DNA from: Podarcis vaucheri
Lineage: Eukaryota
Reading direction: 5' to 3' (one strand)
Assembly (NCBI GenBank): GCA_965113315.1
Contig: OZ220372.1
DNA length: 64,000 bases
The notes under the pieces are model-generated. The model was not told where the DNA came from, made no database searches, and was given only the letters and a program-made list of their open reading frames with translations. The position numbers and the translations under genes were made by a program. How positions within the stretch are numbered: the first letter of the stretch is position 1; the number at the start of each line of letters is the position of its first letter. Positions 51,455 through 64,000 of this stretch are shown here, one piece after another.

Positions 51455-54400
51455 GTAAGAATTTCAGTTATACTAGCTTGCATTCATTTAAGTCATATGA
51501 TGGGAAATAGGGGGTCATGATGCTTCTGTAGAGAATTCTGTATAGATCTGTTCTATAACTACTTTCATATGTGGGGTGCTATGCAGCGGCAGTCCTGACT
51601 TCAAAATATTAAGTATCTGGACTTAAGTATGGTTGTAATGGTTTTGGTGCAAATTAATTGGAGAAAGGACAGCTGAGACTCAGGTTTTGTGTGGATCTGT
51701 TTAGGAATTATGGTCTCCATGTGCATGGAAAATAATGTTGGCACAATTACTTGGATAATGCCTGGAAATCTAGATACAGTACTAGGGCTTTCTGACTAGG
51801 ATGAAGAAACACACCAGCAAACTGTGCAGAAGAGGGGGCAAAGGAATACATCTAGTATCTTTGATATACTAGATATGGGTTCTTGAATAACTCTTCGCAT
51901 ACACAAGTGAAGGAGGCATGGGGCCCAACCATCACTGTGCACAAAATGCAAGTTTGTCTTTGTAAGAATGAAAGGTAATCAAAAGTTTCAGTTAATGTAA
52001 TTTAAGGGTGGTGCCTGTCTTGTGCGGTTGGAAGGAATAGGAATGTTTAAACGGGCTAATGTAAGTTAATTACACTTGACAAAGATATGGAGTATTAAGC
52101 ACTCTTTATTTTGATAAGTGCTGTGTTAACCTATGCCACTTTAATACAGATACTATATTCTGGCGCTTGGTTGAGCAGTTAAGAATTTATTTTTGGCTCT
52201 AAAGTTGCCTTTCAGCATATTGTTCATTTGCCATTTTGAACTGCTGTGAAAGAAAGCTTAGTGCAAATATATTAACCCAGTTTTCAACACAAGTTGGGGG
52301 GCAAAAGCCCCTCAGCCTCTAAGTGTTGACTCCTGTTCCCACGTCTCAGGACGGTTACAACATAAAAACACAACATAACTTCACTTGATTCTAAAATGCT
52401 TTAAAAATAGTTAACACAGAAAAATTTATATAAGTGACAGAGTAGGCTATAGTTTAAATTGGCATGTAATAGCAAGCAGGAACTTATGCAAAAAGAGTGC
52501 AAAGGCAGCAAATACTTAATCCAGGGGATTACCTTGAAAGGAGGAAATGTCGTAATTATCCAGTGTACCATTTAATGTACTTGGAAACTAATTGATGAAA
52601 GAGGAAGGTCTGATTCACTTCAGACTTCCTTCATCCTGTTCCATGAATGCTCACTCTGGTGACTTTGGTTTCATTGTCTTGCTTCTTAGCTACTAAACTA
52701 TATAAGCTCAAAGATAACACAGAGTTTTTCTGATTATCTTTTGTTATGATTGATTATCTTTTATGTATGCAAAGCTGGTATGACTTCGAGAATGGAATAA
52801 AGTATTTACATTATTTGATACAAAACAATTGTATATCAATGAAAGTGTATAGTGCCAAATAGTAAACTTCTTAAACTGAAACATTAAGTTCAAAAGAGAT
52901 ATTAAAACAACAACAACTTGAAACTTCTGTGTTCATAGTCCTCTTTCAATGGAAATATTAACTGTTCCAAACCATTCACAAGTAAACTGCCTTTATTGTG
53001 GTTAGTGAGTATACTTCTGTGTATGCTAATACAATACTGAGCATAGGTTCACAAAAATTATCAGCCCACAAGTTGTTACTAATCCTATGGTGGTCATTCA
53101 AGGTATAAAATAATAATAAACAAGCAACTTTATATCTGTCAATCCCAAACAACGTGCCATTGTTCTTGAGCTCTTATCATCCCTCACCGTTGCCCTTGTT
53201 GACTGGGGCTAATGGGATTTGTAGTGGAAATCATCTGAAAGGCAGCTAGTTGGGGAAGGCTGATTTAAACCTTACCTGTCTAGTCACCTAGATACACCTC
53301 TGTAAGCAGCTCTTTTCACAGAATAAATAAGACCAAGTAGTTTGGAAGAATGTGCTAATAGATAACAGTGTGTCTCTTGTCTATAATAAGTCATCAAAGT
53401 TTGCACTACTAAGTCAACATTATCTAAATCATGCCCTGCTAGTAACTGGAAGGCATACTTCGTATTATATGCAGGTACAATGTGTTGTAGATATGTGTGT
53501 TGACCAAATGTGATGTGTACTAGCTTATACATAACTAACACTGCTTCTCAATGTTAGCTTGACCCTCAAATGGCTTTGTGTACATGGCTGGAAGCCCTGA
53601 ACAGTACAACATGTCCTTTACTTGCTCTCCCTCCCTCCCTCTTTCTGGTTTGTTTTTTAAATTGTTTCGGTGGACTTTTGAATTCGTATTGTAATCACTT
53701 CATGTGATCAGATCACAAGAAGGTAATTTGAATTCAAGACTTTTCCCTTGAATAGTTCTGCATGAAAATACACAGATCATAACTCTATGCAATTAAGTGT
53801 TCTAACTGATAAGGGCTGCCTGTCAGATTACTAACAGGTTTTCCCCCTTTTTGAGTTGTAGATTAAAATGTTTTATAAAAGTTTGTTATAACTTAGAACT
53901 GCGGCCTTTAATTATGCCTCATTAGTCAGTTAACATATATGTCTAAAAACAAGGGAAGTATCATTTTTATTCAAAATCATTTCGTTGTATTTGATAGTTT
54001 TCCTTTAGTAGGTGAGCAACTGGAGAACAGGGTTTTGTTCTGTTTTTGCAATGCAATAAGAGCAGGGACTTTTCACCGAAATTCATACTTCTAAAAGAAC
54101 AGGAACAATTCATCTGAGCCAACAGCCTTTGTTGATAAGGCACTAAAAGTGAGCTGGTAGGAGTAAATTTAATAGGGCAAAGTGGTGACTAAAAGCCCCT
54201 TGGAATGCCAGTTAGACAGTAGCTTGTATTGTATCACAGTCCATGATATCAACAGTTTTTTAACTTTTTACATGGCCCCCAGATTCCAAGTTGGTTACTA
54301 CTATTCAGATAATTTTACTGTGCCAATGTGGATTGAGGTTTCAATCACCTGTGAATAAATGTTTATTTAGGAAGAGTTCTGAGACTGTTAGGTTATGTAC

Positions 54401-55486
54401 AAAGGAACATGAAGAACAGGTCAAAGGTAGCTTGCCATATAAATTAGGACCTTTTTATGTGTGTTGAGTTCTGGGTTTAATAAATATTAATCTTGTAAAA
54501 TGCACACAGTCCTATCCTGTTCTGTCACATCTGTTTATCTGCCCCCCCACCACCACCACCTCAAAATCTTTGCACTGTGGCTTAATGGTAAATATAGGTT
54601 ATGCCTGGTGAGAGGAAAATCTGTTAATATTAATTTTGTGCTAGTTTATGTACAGAAAGATAGGCCATGGTGAAGGTGAGACTGACCACTGGGTTTGACA
54701 GAAGAGTAGTATGATCAGAAATCAGATCTTGGCCTGTTTGGATAAACCATGCTAAAACTAACCACAGTTCCCTATTTGGAGGAAAAGACAAACTGCAGCT
54801 GGTATAAAATGGAAATGGATGTGTCAGAGGAGGAGAGAGGAGGAAGAGTAGGCTTGTATATACTAAACCATGATTTAGTGTTGCATCATTTTGGGTCACT
54901 GACCTAAAAAGAATGAGAAAAGAAAAGATAACGATGGATATAATAAATGTGGCAATGTATTTGAGAGAAAACAAAGTGAATCTCATTTTGCCAATTACGA
55001 CAAAGCTAGATTCTGGGTAAGTTGGAAACCAATGGTTACTTTAGAGAAAGAAATTATCTTAGCATGCCTTACTTAATTGTTGCAGACTTCTAGGAGAGAG
55101 GAGGGCAATATATTTGTATATATATGCTTGTTGGAATCTTTCCAGCATTCCTCTTTGAAAATGGATTTTTATGACTGCAATAGCAGTTAAAATATATAGT
55201 TGCAAAAATACAAGTAAAACAAGAAAAGTTGTTTTTTCATAATTAAGTTTGGAAGTTCATTTGATTAAAAGCTGGTGTTTTCCACACTCAAATATAACTA
55301 ATGCTTTGATCATTGAATTGGAGAGAAATCATGAATCAAATCACCATGGCATATCTTGTGAAGAATAAAACAGTCCATATGACACGAGCATTGTGCCTCT
55401 ATAAGATTGAATGTCACCAGCCATGCTAGAGATTTAAATGGATATTTTTGTTACCGTATTTTCTCACATATTCTTCTGTATTTCAG

Positions 55487-55575
55487 GGAGTCAAACCAGC
55501 AAGCTTCGATAAAGTAGCAATTCCTGAAGTAAAGGAAATCATTGAGGGATGCATTCGTCAAAACAAAGATGAAAG
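55487..55575 (+). CDS. WNK1: WNK1 exon 5 (89 nt)
   Basis: tttcag|GGA...GAAAG|gtaagt; [29 protein letters not shown](R). Confidence 0.96.
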
Positions 55576-55649
55576 GTAAGTATTCATTCCATTTGGACAA
55601 GGCACTTCAGATATTCCATAGTGCACAATAACAGTGGTGTGTACTCCTT

Positions 55650-56390
55650 GAACAGTCAGATAAAAATAATAAAGAAAGAGAAATGAAAAGGACTTTCGAT
55701 TCCCTGTCTGTCAGTCCCATATAAAAAGATTATTCAAAGTATTCATTCTACAATAACATCCAGCTGTTCTTCCTTCTGCTAAATGATACTTTTTCAGTCT
55801 TCAGACCCAAATCTCTCAAATTCATTAATTTTTCTTTCCACACAAAACATCTAAAAGGGGTTCTCCAATTATTATTTTTTATAAATATCGACAATATTTT
55901 TTCTCTAGCCCAATGTAACAACTTTTCCTCCAGTACCTTCAACAACCTTTCTTCCATATTGAAAAATAATAAATTGTTTCATCTTTGTTCATGCAAAAGT
56001 CTCTACACTATGGTCATATGTTAAAATAATATTTGATATTTATTTATTGTATGTTTGTTAATTCACACTCAGTTCTGTTATCTTCCGATCCTATTTTCTG
56101 TTGGCCATGATTTTCCTTCCTAATTTTATTTTGTAAGTTCTTTCCATTTCTCACCAATATACAAATAAAAATGAAGCTACGAGGAAACTAACAGAATGTG
56201 AAAAGAGAGTAATAAGAGATAGTATAATGACTAAGGGATTGATTTCCCTTTTATACAAAACCCTTATTAAGATTTTGCCCCCCAAAACATTTAAAAAACT
56301 GATGAGAATTAATTTGGGATATAAACATTGACGAGGATAAATGGAACAATTTATGGACAAAAGGACCATATAAATCTCCGTCAGCAACTA
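55650..56390. mobile_element. Degenerate L1-like ORF2 C-terminal fragments (minus strand ~55650-56150, plus strand ~56150-56390)
   Basis: Strong A/T strand skew switching at ~56150; WKEKLMNL (minus) and GLISLLYK / INIDEDKWNNLW (plus) are L1-like. Boundaries approximate. Confidence 0.45.
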
Positions 56391-56645
56391 AGGATTGATT
56401 GCTAAAAATTGTGCATGGATTGTATTTAGCATTCAGTATCAGTCATCCTTATTGTTTTGAAAAAGGAAGTCCTTTTAGAAATGGCATGGATATATAGAGT
56501 TTGTCTTAGAACAAGATTTAAATATTCAGTGGAATATGGGCAGCCCAATTGGAAAATGGAGGAATTGTTTGTGTATTGTACTATGTGATAACGTTCTCCT
56601 GTCTTTTCCATTCCTCTTTTATTATTTCCTTTCCGTTATGATCAG

Positions 56646-56865
56646 GTATGCTATCAAGGACCTTCTGAATCATGCATTCTTCCAGGAAGAAACTGGTGTG
56701 CGGGTAGAGCTAGCAGAAGAAGATGATGGAGAGAAAATTGCCATCAAGCTCTGGTTACGAATTGAAGACATTAAAAAACTTAAGGGCAAATATAAGGATA
56801 ATGAAGCGATAGAATTTTCTTTCGACTTGGAAAGAGATGTCCCAGAAGATGTAGCACAAGAAATG
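56646..56865 (+). CDS. WNK1: WNK1 exon 6 (220 nt); kinase end and autoinhibitory PF2/CCT-like domain
   Basis: atcag|G...ATG|gtatgt; [73 protein letters not shown]. Confidence 0.96.
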
Positions 56866-57287
56866 GTATGTCATATAGATATGACAGGTATTCCCACTTC
56901 TGCACCTATTTTGGCAGATTCCAGAGACATGGAATTGAACCATGTAGCTGATTTTTTTCTTTCATGATTTTGCTCACCCCAGTGCAGCCCAATTAAACTT
57001 AATACAGTGGGAATAAATGGTGTCTTCTTGTTGTTGTGATGCATTTCTCAGACAAGCCAGACTTCCATAGCTGTCTGAAAAACAGTAGCTGAGGAAAGCA
57101 GTCACACAGTGTAAGGGGCTGAACTCTGTCACCCTTCTAATTTGAGCATACCTACAGAGGTAGCTTTGACTTTCATTTCCCCCTGCTCCCCCAATAGTTC
57201 CCTTGCATGCACATATTTTCAATAACGGATGGATCCATATTTTTCTTAAGTAAAGAATAATCAATGCACTTAAGAGTTGCTCTGCTT

Positions 57288-57425
57288 CATGGGTAGCCCA
57301 TGTGATACTCTTCAGATGTTGCTGAACATAAAACTTCCAAAAATCTTTGCTAGTATGGCCAGTGATCAGGGATGATGGTAGTTGTAGTCCAGCAGCACCT
57401 GGGGGCACATCATTGGCTACCCCTG
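57288..57425. mobile_element. Degraded hAT-like MITE (related pieces at ~44065-44180, ~53190-53260, ~31510-31560)
   Basis: GGGTAGCC ... GGCTACCCCTG inverted ends and the recurring GATG...TTGTAGTCCA.CA.CATCTGG core. Confidence 0.55.
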
Positions 57426-58072
57426 CTCTAGATTATGTAGGTGCAGTGGACATTTGTTGAAACTTGCCTTTATGATTTCCCAGAAGGATTAATTTGGGGG
57501 ATTAACTACTACCATCTAGCTGGCAGTTCAATTATATTTTAACACTTCTTTCAAAAAATTATATACTTTAGGACACTTTTACCCCATGGAGAAACATATC
57601 TGTCTATCTGCTCACTTTCCATTATAATTTTAAGCTGGATACAGTACTTACAAGGCATAAAACACCACCAGAATCAGTTTTTGCAACAAGCTTCTCTCCA
57701 ATAAATTAGAAGGGTGCAAATGTTGCTAGGTCTCATTCCCTAGCCAATTCCAAACTAATGGTTTAGTACTTCTGAACAGAAGGTTGATGCAGCTGCTTTG
57801 ACCTTGCAGCTGGGGTAGAAGACACTGTATCCATCTTTCCCCTTCAAGGTGATTGCACTGACTGCCATATAAATGGGAAGGCAGATGCACTTAGTAGTAT
57901 ATGTGCTATCCATTGCTTCATGTGAAGATATTATTTGGTTTATGATAGGATCTTATAATCTTTTTGCCTTGGCTTTTTCCCAATGGTCTTGGCACGTTTG
58001 ATGTATAATTATAGAAACTTTTATTTTGCTTTATCATTGTTTATCTGATGGCATGAACCATCTACTTTTCAG

Positions 58073-58409
58073 GTTGAGTCTGGGTATGTCTGTGAAGGGG
58101 ATCACAAGACAATGGCCAAAGCTATAAAGGATAGAGTGTCCTTGATCAAGCGGAAGAGGGAGCAGCGTCAGTTGGTGAGAGAAGAACAGGAAAAAAGAAA
58201 GCAAGAAGAAGTCAGCCAGAAACAGCAGACAGAGCAGCAGTTACAAACGGGCACTACCCAGCAAGGAACTAAACATGCTGCACCTGCCACTGGTGTCACT
58301 GCCATCCCTGCTGCTTCAGCTTCGGTTTCCACACAAGTAGAGCCTGAGGAGCCAGAAGCCGATCAACATCAACAGCTGCAGTATCATCAACCTAGCATTT
58401 CTGTATTGT
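58073..58409 (+). CDS. WNK1: WNK1 exon 7 (337 nt); coiled coil and acidic EPEEPEADQH (KLHL3/KLHL2 degron) motif
   Basis: tttcag|GTT...TTGT|gtaagt; VESGYVCEGDHKTMAKAIKDRVSLIKRKREQRQLVREEQEKRKQEE...QVEPEEPEADQHQQLQYHQPSISVL. Confidence 0.95.
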
Positions 58410-58839
58410 GTAAGTACATGCATCTTCTGACCTGTATTTTTGGACAGTTAAGTCAATACGTAAAGCCCGGTGTGACTGAAACATGTCACTATACAATAAA
58501 CTAGTCACCATCCTCCTGGGTCATCCACAGGCATTTATGATTTAGACAAACATAAAGTGGTCAAGATAGATGGCTCCACTGCTCTCTTGGTAGACCTCTT
58601 CATATCAGCTGCTCCTTGAACATCTGAACAAGCAAGACCACCTTTAAGAAGCATACTTGCACTGAGGCTGGTGCAGATAGCTCCCCAACCCAAGCTGCCC
58701 TTGCAACAGATGCAGCCCCCCTTCCCTGGGAGAAATTTTATTTTGCTCAGAATGGGAAGTGAAGTCCCCCCCCACACACACACACAGCATTCATCGCTTT
58801 GCCAGCAGACTAAATGCACCTTGGACTGACTTCATGCAG

Positions 58840-60870
58840 ATGTGTGACTGGTCCACTAACAGTGTTTACTCCAAACACTGAAGCTTGAGAGTCCTTGTAG
58901 ATCTGTGTCTTGTGAATCGGCAGGATGCAACTATCGCATAAGCAGTATACAAAGAGTTTAAACCCGGGTACAGAATGAGGATCCTGATGTAGCTCCAGAT
59001 TTTGAGCAGACTTTCATTCCAGCTCCCATAGGTGGCTGATGTTGATCTTGACCTGAAGGTACTGTTCTTGGAAGAATTGTATAATGAAGGTGAGGGTGCT
59101 GATGACTTGGCCATGGTTTTGCTGCAGCCTGATTTCCACTTTCGATGGCTTTGAAGACAGCTCTCCTGACTAAAAAAAGCCAGAATGAGAGTGGCTGCTA
59201 CCTGGAGCTTTATCTACAAGCAGGGAACCTTCACTTAGCCATGCAAGCATCAGCCCTATTGCACCCTAACCTGCCTATCAGTTCCATGTCCTGTCTTCCC
59301 TCTTTCTTCTCCTTCAGAACAGAAACTCTCGTACAGGAGGAGGGGAAAGTACAGGAAATCCAAGTGTTGTGGGACCAACATGGGTAGTGATGGTGTTTCA
59401 GGCCACAGTGGTGCCCTCATGGTGGCGTTGTGCTTGGTGGGGGGGGATAGGGTAAGGTGGCAATGAAGTCAGAAGAGCTCTGGGTTGGTGATGCTGGCAT
59501 GCATGCACACCTGTGGGACTGCTGCAACCAACTTAGAGATCCTCTAACCTTGCTGGACTATTGTAGCAAGTTCACATTGCTGCCATCGGAAAAACACCAC
59601 TGCCACACCACCCTTCCATCATGTGCCATTACTATGTTCAGGCATAGTTGAAGAGCCAAGCCTGAGACTATGTGATGCCTGTTGGAAAGCTATGGGGAGA
59701 AGTACCATTGAACATAAGACAAAGGGCCAGACAAAGGGACTTGGGATCAATAAATAAACATGGTACAGCTTGAAAAGGATTATGTTAAGGCCACCAGGGA
59801 AACCCTGAAGATCCCTACAAGAATCACAAATAAAAGTTGATTGCAGAGGCATATGAGGAAGGGGGAGTTTAAGGGACTCTACCAAACAGTGGTCACATCA
59901 ATGTGCTGTTCTGATGCTGAATTCAAGAGGTACATGGAGCGCCATGCCACTGTCCTAGAGAGGCAAGTGACTTGGTAGAAATGCATAACAGACACACTAA
60001 ATGAACAACTGGCAGCTCTGCAGCCACCTGTCCAGTATTCTCACTGCCGGGGGTACATCCTACTGTACGTTAGCAAAATCACACACAACCCTGATTGAAC
60101 ACAAATCTTCTTTGAGTCAATAGATCAGCCAAGGAAGAGCCAAGAGCTACTGTAGATGTATATGGGCCAGCTAACTGTTCATTGCTCATTGTACATTGCA
60201 CATTTGCTGTCGAAAGGATACTTGAGGTTAGGAGTACCACTGCCTTGTGAGACCAGCTGAACTTTGAAATGATAATGGCTATGAAGATTTGGGCCTTTCT
60301 GAGAACAGAGGCAGTCTGGCATTTGGCACATGATGTGGAAGAATGGGATAATCCTTTGGGATATCTCATGAGATTAAGAGATGGTATAGGAGGAAATGTG
60401 TCCAGAAAAAACTCATGTTGACCCTGTACAAATTGGTCCTTAATGGGAGCTCATTGCATGTCAGCAGATCATAACATCTGTGGGCTGTAAAATCTTCAGA
60501 GACGCAATATGTTCTTTTGATTCCTATCCGTATTTTGGTCCCTAAAAGCCAAATGTTTCAACCGTATTGTATTCCAGTCTATGGATGGATGCCAAAGGCA
60601 TGTTCATAGAGATGAACATTGGCATGTTCCGCCAATGTCACAATATGGCCATAACATTTTATGTTGTGAAGCATTGAATCTGGACTTCTTGATAATCTTT
60701 TCACTTTTAACAAGAACAGATTTGTTGCCATTTCGGGAGCAAAATGCAATCAGCATTATCTCTATACTGTGGAAATAAAAGGTGTTATGGACAGGAGTTA
60801 GGGCTTTGGGTTTCTTGTAGCTGTCCCTGCTGCCTTCCCGATGCACAACTTCGTTACTGCCATTGTCCTT
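58840..60870. mobile_element. Probable highly degenerate PIF/Harbinger transposon (transposase remnant on +, Myb/trihelix-like remnant on -)
   Basis: 60551-60653 reads KCFNRIVFQSM / DAKGMFIEMNIGMFRQCHNMAI (cf. KGYFSIVLQA.VD..G.F..I..G.PG..HD); AAFPMHNF at ~60830-60852 (cf. AC.VLHN); 58866-59030 minus strand has weak W..LL.IW...Y..VA...RT..QC spacing. Boundaries not defined. Confidence 0.45.
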
Positions 60871-61066
60871 TCTAACATACTCAGTCTGAGCACAGTTTCT
60901 GGATTTTGTGTTATAGGATTTGGGGGAAGTAGGGGGCATGTACTAGTGCTGCTGTCTCTACCTTAATTTTGTATAAATTTAAATGAATTCACAAGTAGTT
61001 CTGGAACTTCGACTCAGCATGAGTTCATGAGCAATTTAAAACCAACTCTTTTAATGGTCTTTACAG

Positions 61067-61254
61067 CTGATGGCACCGTTGATAGTGGACAAGGATCATC
61101 TGTCTTTACCGAATCATGTGTGAGCAGCCAACAGACAGCTTCTTATGGTTCCCAGCACGAACAATCTATCCCAACAGTTCAGCCCCAAGGATATGCAGCT
61201 CCTGTTGGCCAGCCACAATCACAACAACCTGGAGGATATCAGACGTCTGGAGTG
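61067..61254 (+). CDS. WNK1: WNK1 exon 8 (188 nt)
   Basis: ttacag|CT...GTG|gtaagg; (S)DGTVDSGQGSSVFTESCVSSQQTASYGSQHEQ...GGYQTSGV, ends phase 0. Confidence 0.94.
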
Positions 61255-63259
61255 GTAAGGCCAAAGCCAAAGTAGTAGAGGGAATACTTCAATGAGACTT
61301 GCTCGGAATTCCTTTATTTGTGTAGGCTTTTAAAAAACCTGTAGTCTGAGGTTTGAATGGAAGTTCAGATATATTTTGTGTGGGTAAAACAACATACACA
61401 ACAATGGAAAATTCCTTTCTCTGATAGTTCTTCAGGCGAGAGAGAGGGTATCTCATAGAAAGGTATAAAGGCAGCAGAACTTGGGGTGGAAGCAGCAATA
61501 AAATTCCCTTTCACTTGCTGATTTTGCCTATAGAGGTATATAAAATTCTATTTAGCTTGCAATGCATAGTGTGTGAGGAAGTTTATAATTGAAAAGTTAT
61601 GATGAGCTTTATGAAACAGCTGAGTGTGTTAAGAGAACATATTGTGCAAGATTTTAATTACAGCTACAGAAGGTAAGGATTCCTAACCATTATAGAATGC
61701 TGCATGCGGACACTGCAGTTTTAAATGATCCCACTTCTGTTTTGCCATTTATTTATAGCTTGCATTGAATTGCTCATGGGCACAATTACCTTTCCCACTT
61801 CATGCGTTCATTTGTGTTACCCTTTATTTGGTACCCTTTTCTGGTATGTTTTCAGAGCTGACCTTGGGGGTCTTCTAGAAAAACTCTTTTACTCAGATCT
61901 TTTTACAAACCTTGCTGCTTGTGTAAAGGCCAAAAAAGTAACTGTTCCTCAAATAATTTACCTATATCTAGAGGATGCAGCCTTTCTGGTTTGGTTATCT
62001 CTGTTATTATGATGATATATTTCTGTAAATTACATTGGCAAGAGTTATCGTAGAAGATAATTCCTCATTGGAGGAAAAATCTTGCCAGTTTTTACAAACA
62101 GAGCATCTTTCCATTCTGTTCAAATGCACATATGAAGTTTTGTGCCCTTTTAAACACATGATCAATCACAACTTTTAATACTTTTTTGAAAGTTTATTTG
62201 AGTTGAGTTCCATTGCTGCAGTTCAAGGACATGCCTTGGATCAATAACCCATTAAGCAATCTTCACATGCCTTGCTTCAAGGTTGAATAATCATGGCTAA
62301 CACCAGGGGAATACACTAACAGTTCTTCTGAGCAGACCAGGTTTGGATGATGAATCGAAGACTTCCAGAAAAACTTCCATGCAGACTCTTCTGGAAGTTT
62401 CAGGTGTCAGTGCAGTTTCATTAGGAAGAAGACTTCAAAAAGGACCAATCATTTTGGTTTTCCCCAAGAAGCTCTGGGGGAAAAATACAGAAGCATGTTT
62501 GGGGGGGACAACGACCTGGCTGCCGGAGGAACTATTACATTTTAAAGCAGTAATTTAGGTGATAATTTGTTTACAATGAGAAAAATAAACCAATGACCTC
62601 TGGGGTATAGGCAGATTGCAGCAACTATCTTCTCTAATAAACTCCTCTCCTGGAAGATGGCCTAATTCTAATTTTAAGACAGCTGTCACAATTAAAGTCT
62701 TGCCTTGTTCCACAGTTTATGCTATGGTTGATTTCTGTTGTCTTGCAGTCCTTGACTGAATAAACTTAAGGTGTCCAGTCAAATCCTGTATTTAGGAAGC
62801 CAGTTCACTTTAGAATGAAATCTGATGTCAGCAAAAATACTTGAAGACAGTAACACTAAATTTGGAAAGAAGGAAAACATCTTTGCACACACCATGTTGC
62901 CAATTTCAAACCAATGTTCATTCCCTTTAGACTTCTAGAGGCTTTCAGTTAGGAAATGTATCGGTGCTGGGAACAGCTTAAACACATTTTTTATGGAACC
63001 AGGGTGACGAGAACATATGTCTACTTCTTCCATATATATAAACTATTTGACAAAAGTAATGGAATTTGACAATCAAAATAGAACCTGCAGCCCTCTGAGG
63101 TGCTTATAACCCTCTTTATTGTACATGATGTCACTGTCAAGTTCCTTCATACCCTGTTTGTTCTGATCAGCATTGGCCCTTTGTCATGAATGTGTCTCCC
63201 TCAGTTCAAGCTCATTAGCCATGTGGTTTGTGTTCACTTCTTTTTGTTTCCTTCCTTAG

Positions 63260-63514
63260 CCTCAACGTGGCTGTAGCATGTCGGTTTGTCCTTCCCCTCT
63301 TTCTTTCCCTCCGCTGTCCCAAATCCCTCTCAGTGCTCCTTCTACTCCACCATCAGTGTTATGCGCACCTCTTTCTCCTTCTTACCTTCGGACTGCCCCT
63401 GAGGAAACTTTTGGCGAAAAGCTTTCCAAAGCTTTGGAGAATGTCCTGCCCATGCACACCGCCTCTCCACGCAGCAAGCGGCGTTCCAGCCTGCCTTCCC
63501 TCTTTCTCCACCCT
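63260..63514 (+). CDS. WNK1: WNK1 cassette exon 8b (255 nt, 85 aa; neural isoform exon upstream of HSN2)
   Basis: Long pyrimidine tract ...ccttag|CCT and CCT|gtatgt, phase 0/0. PQRGCSMSVC...RTAPEETFGEKLSKALENVLPMHTASPRSKRRSSLPSLFLHP resembles the recalled mammalian exon 8b (PRRGRSMSVC...EETFAEKLSKALESVLPMHSAS...RRSSLPSLF). Confidence 0.85.
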
Positions 63515-64000
63515 GTATGTCACTGTATGACTCCTGGCACATTGCAGATAAGTCACCACTAAATACATCCTGGCGTCATTCTTCAAATTAGATAAGAGAC
63601 AAAATGGGGACTGTGTTAGCCTGTGCTTCTGGAAAGTTGATTCTTCTTCCTCCTCCAAAACCTAAGAGTTAATGTGCCTGAAGTTTCAGGGAAAAGCTGA
63701 AGTGCAGCATGCAGTTTAAATGAAATCTGCAAATTATATGGATTAGTTCTGATCTGATTTATACACTTTGATTTGGGGGCTACAGTTAATAATTCTTCAA
63801 ATCATATGTATATGTAGCTGGCTAGAACCATGCCAGTGCCATTGAAAACCACCGTGGGGCATCTGTGAATGCTTGCTGCCATTTAACAGGAGGGAAAGTT
63901 TCCAGCTCTGACCATTATGGAGAAAAGGTTCTGGTGAACAGGCAGCATGAATCAAAGACTCAAATTGCTAGAAGTCTAGTTCATCTGTTCAGCTCTTAAT

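Noticed and set aside
55650-56390. Twin-priming 5'-inverted L1
   Set aside because: The two oppositely oriented pieces seem to cover overlapping ORF2 regions and no TSD is visible, so two independent insertions are equally likely.
63515-64000. Start of the HSN2 exon
   Set aside because: No long ORF or HSN2-like peptide is visible before the window ends; it presumably lies downstream.

Overview
Vertebrate genomic DNA from a squamate reptile. The repeat set (Squam3-like SINE, BovB, CR1, TA-target MITEs) suggests a lacertid-like lizard; this is an inference. The whole window lies inside the 5' half of the WNK1 kinase gene on the + strand. It contains the 3' end of exon 1, a ~31.8 kb intron 1, exons 2-8 with canonical GT-AG sites and a continuous reading frame, the kidney-specific alternative first exon 4a (KS-WNK1, 29 codons) and the neural cassette exon 8b that precedes HSN2. 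Introns carry many transposon remnants: two Tc1/mariner-superfamily MITE groups, hAT MITEs, L1, L2, CR1, BovB, SINEs and a probable Harbinger fossil. The most notable observations are a strong unannotated-looking acceptor / 25-nt micro-exon just upstream of exon 4 that would truncate the kinase right after the activation loop, several inverted repeat pairs bracketing exon 2 or exons 2-4 (a 552-nt, frame-preserving, stop-free circle), and an exon 8b whose alternative frames resemble the human peptide. Nearly all short ORFs in the track are spurious intronic ORFs. Comparisons with human/mouse sequences are from memory and need alignment.
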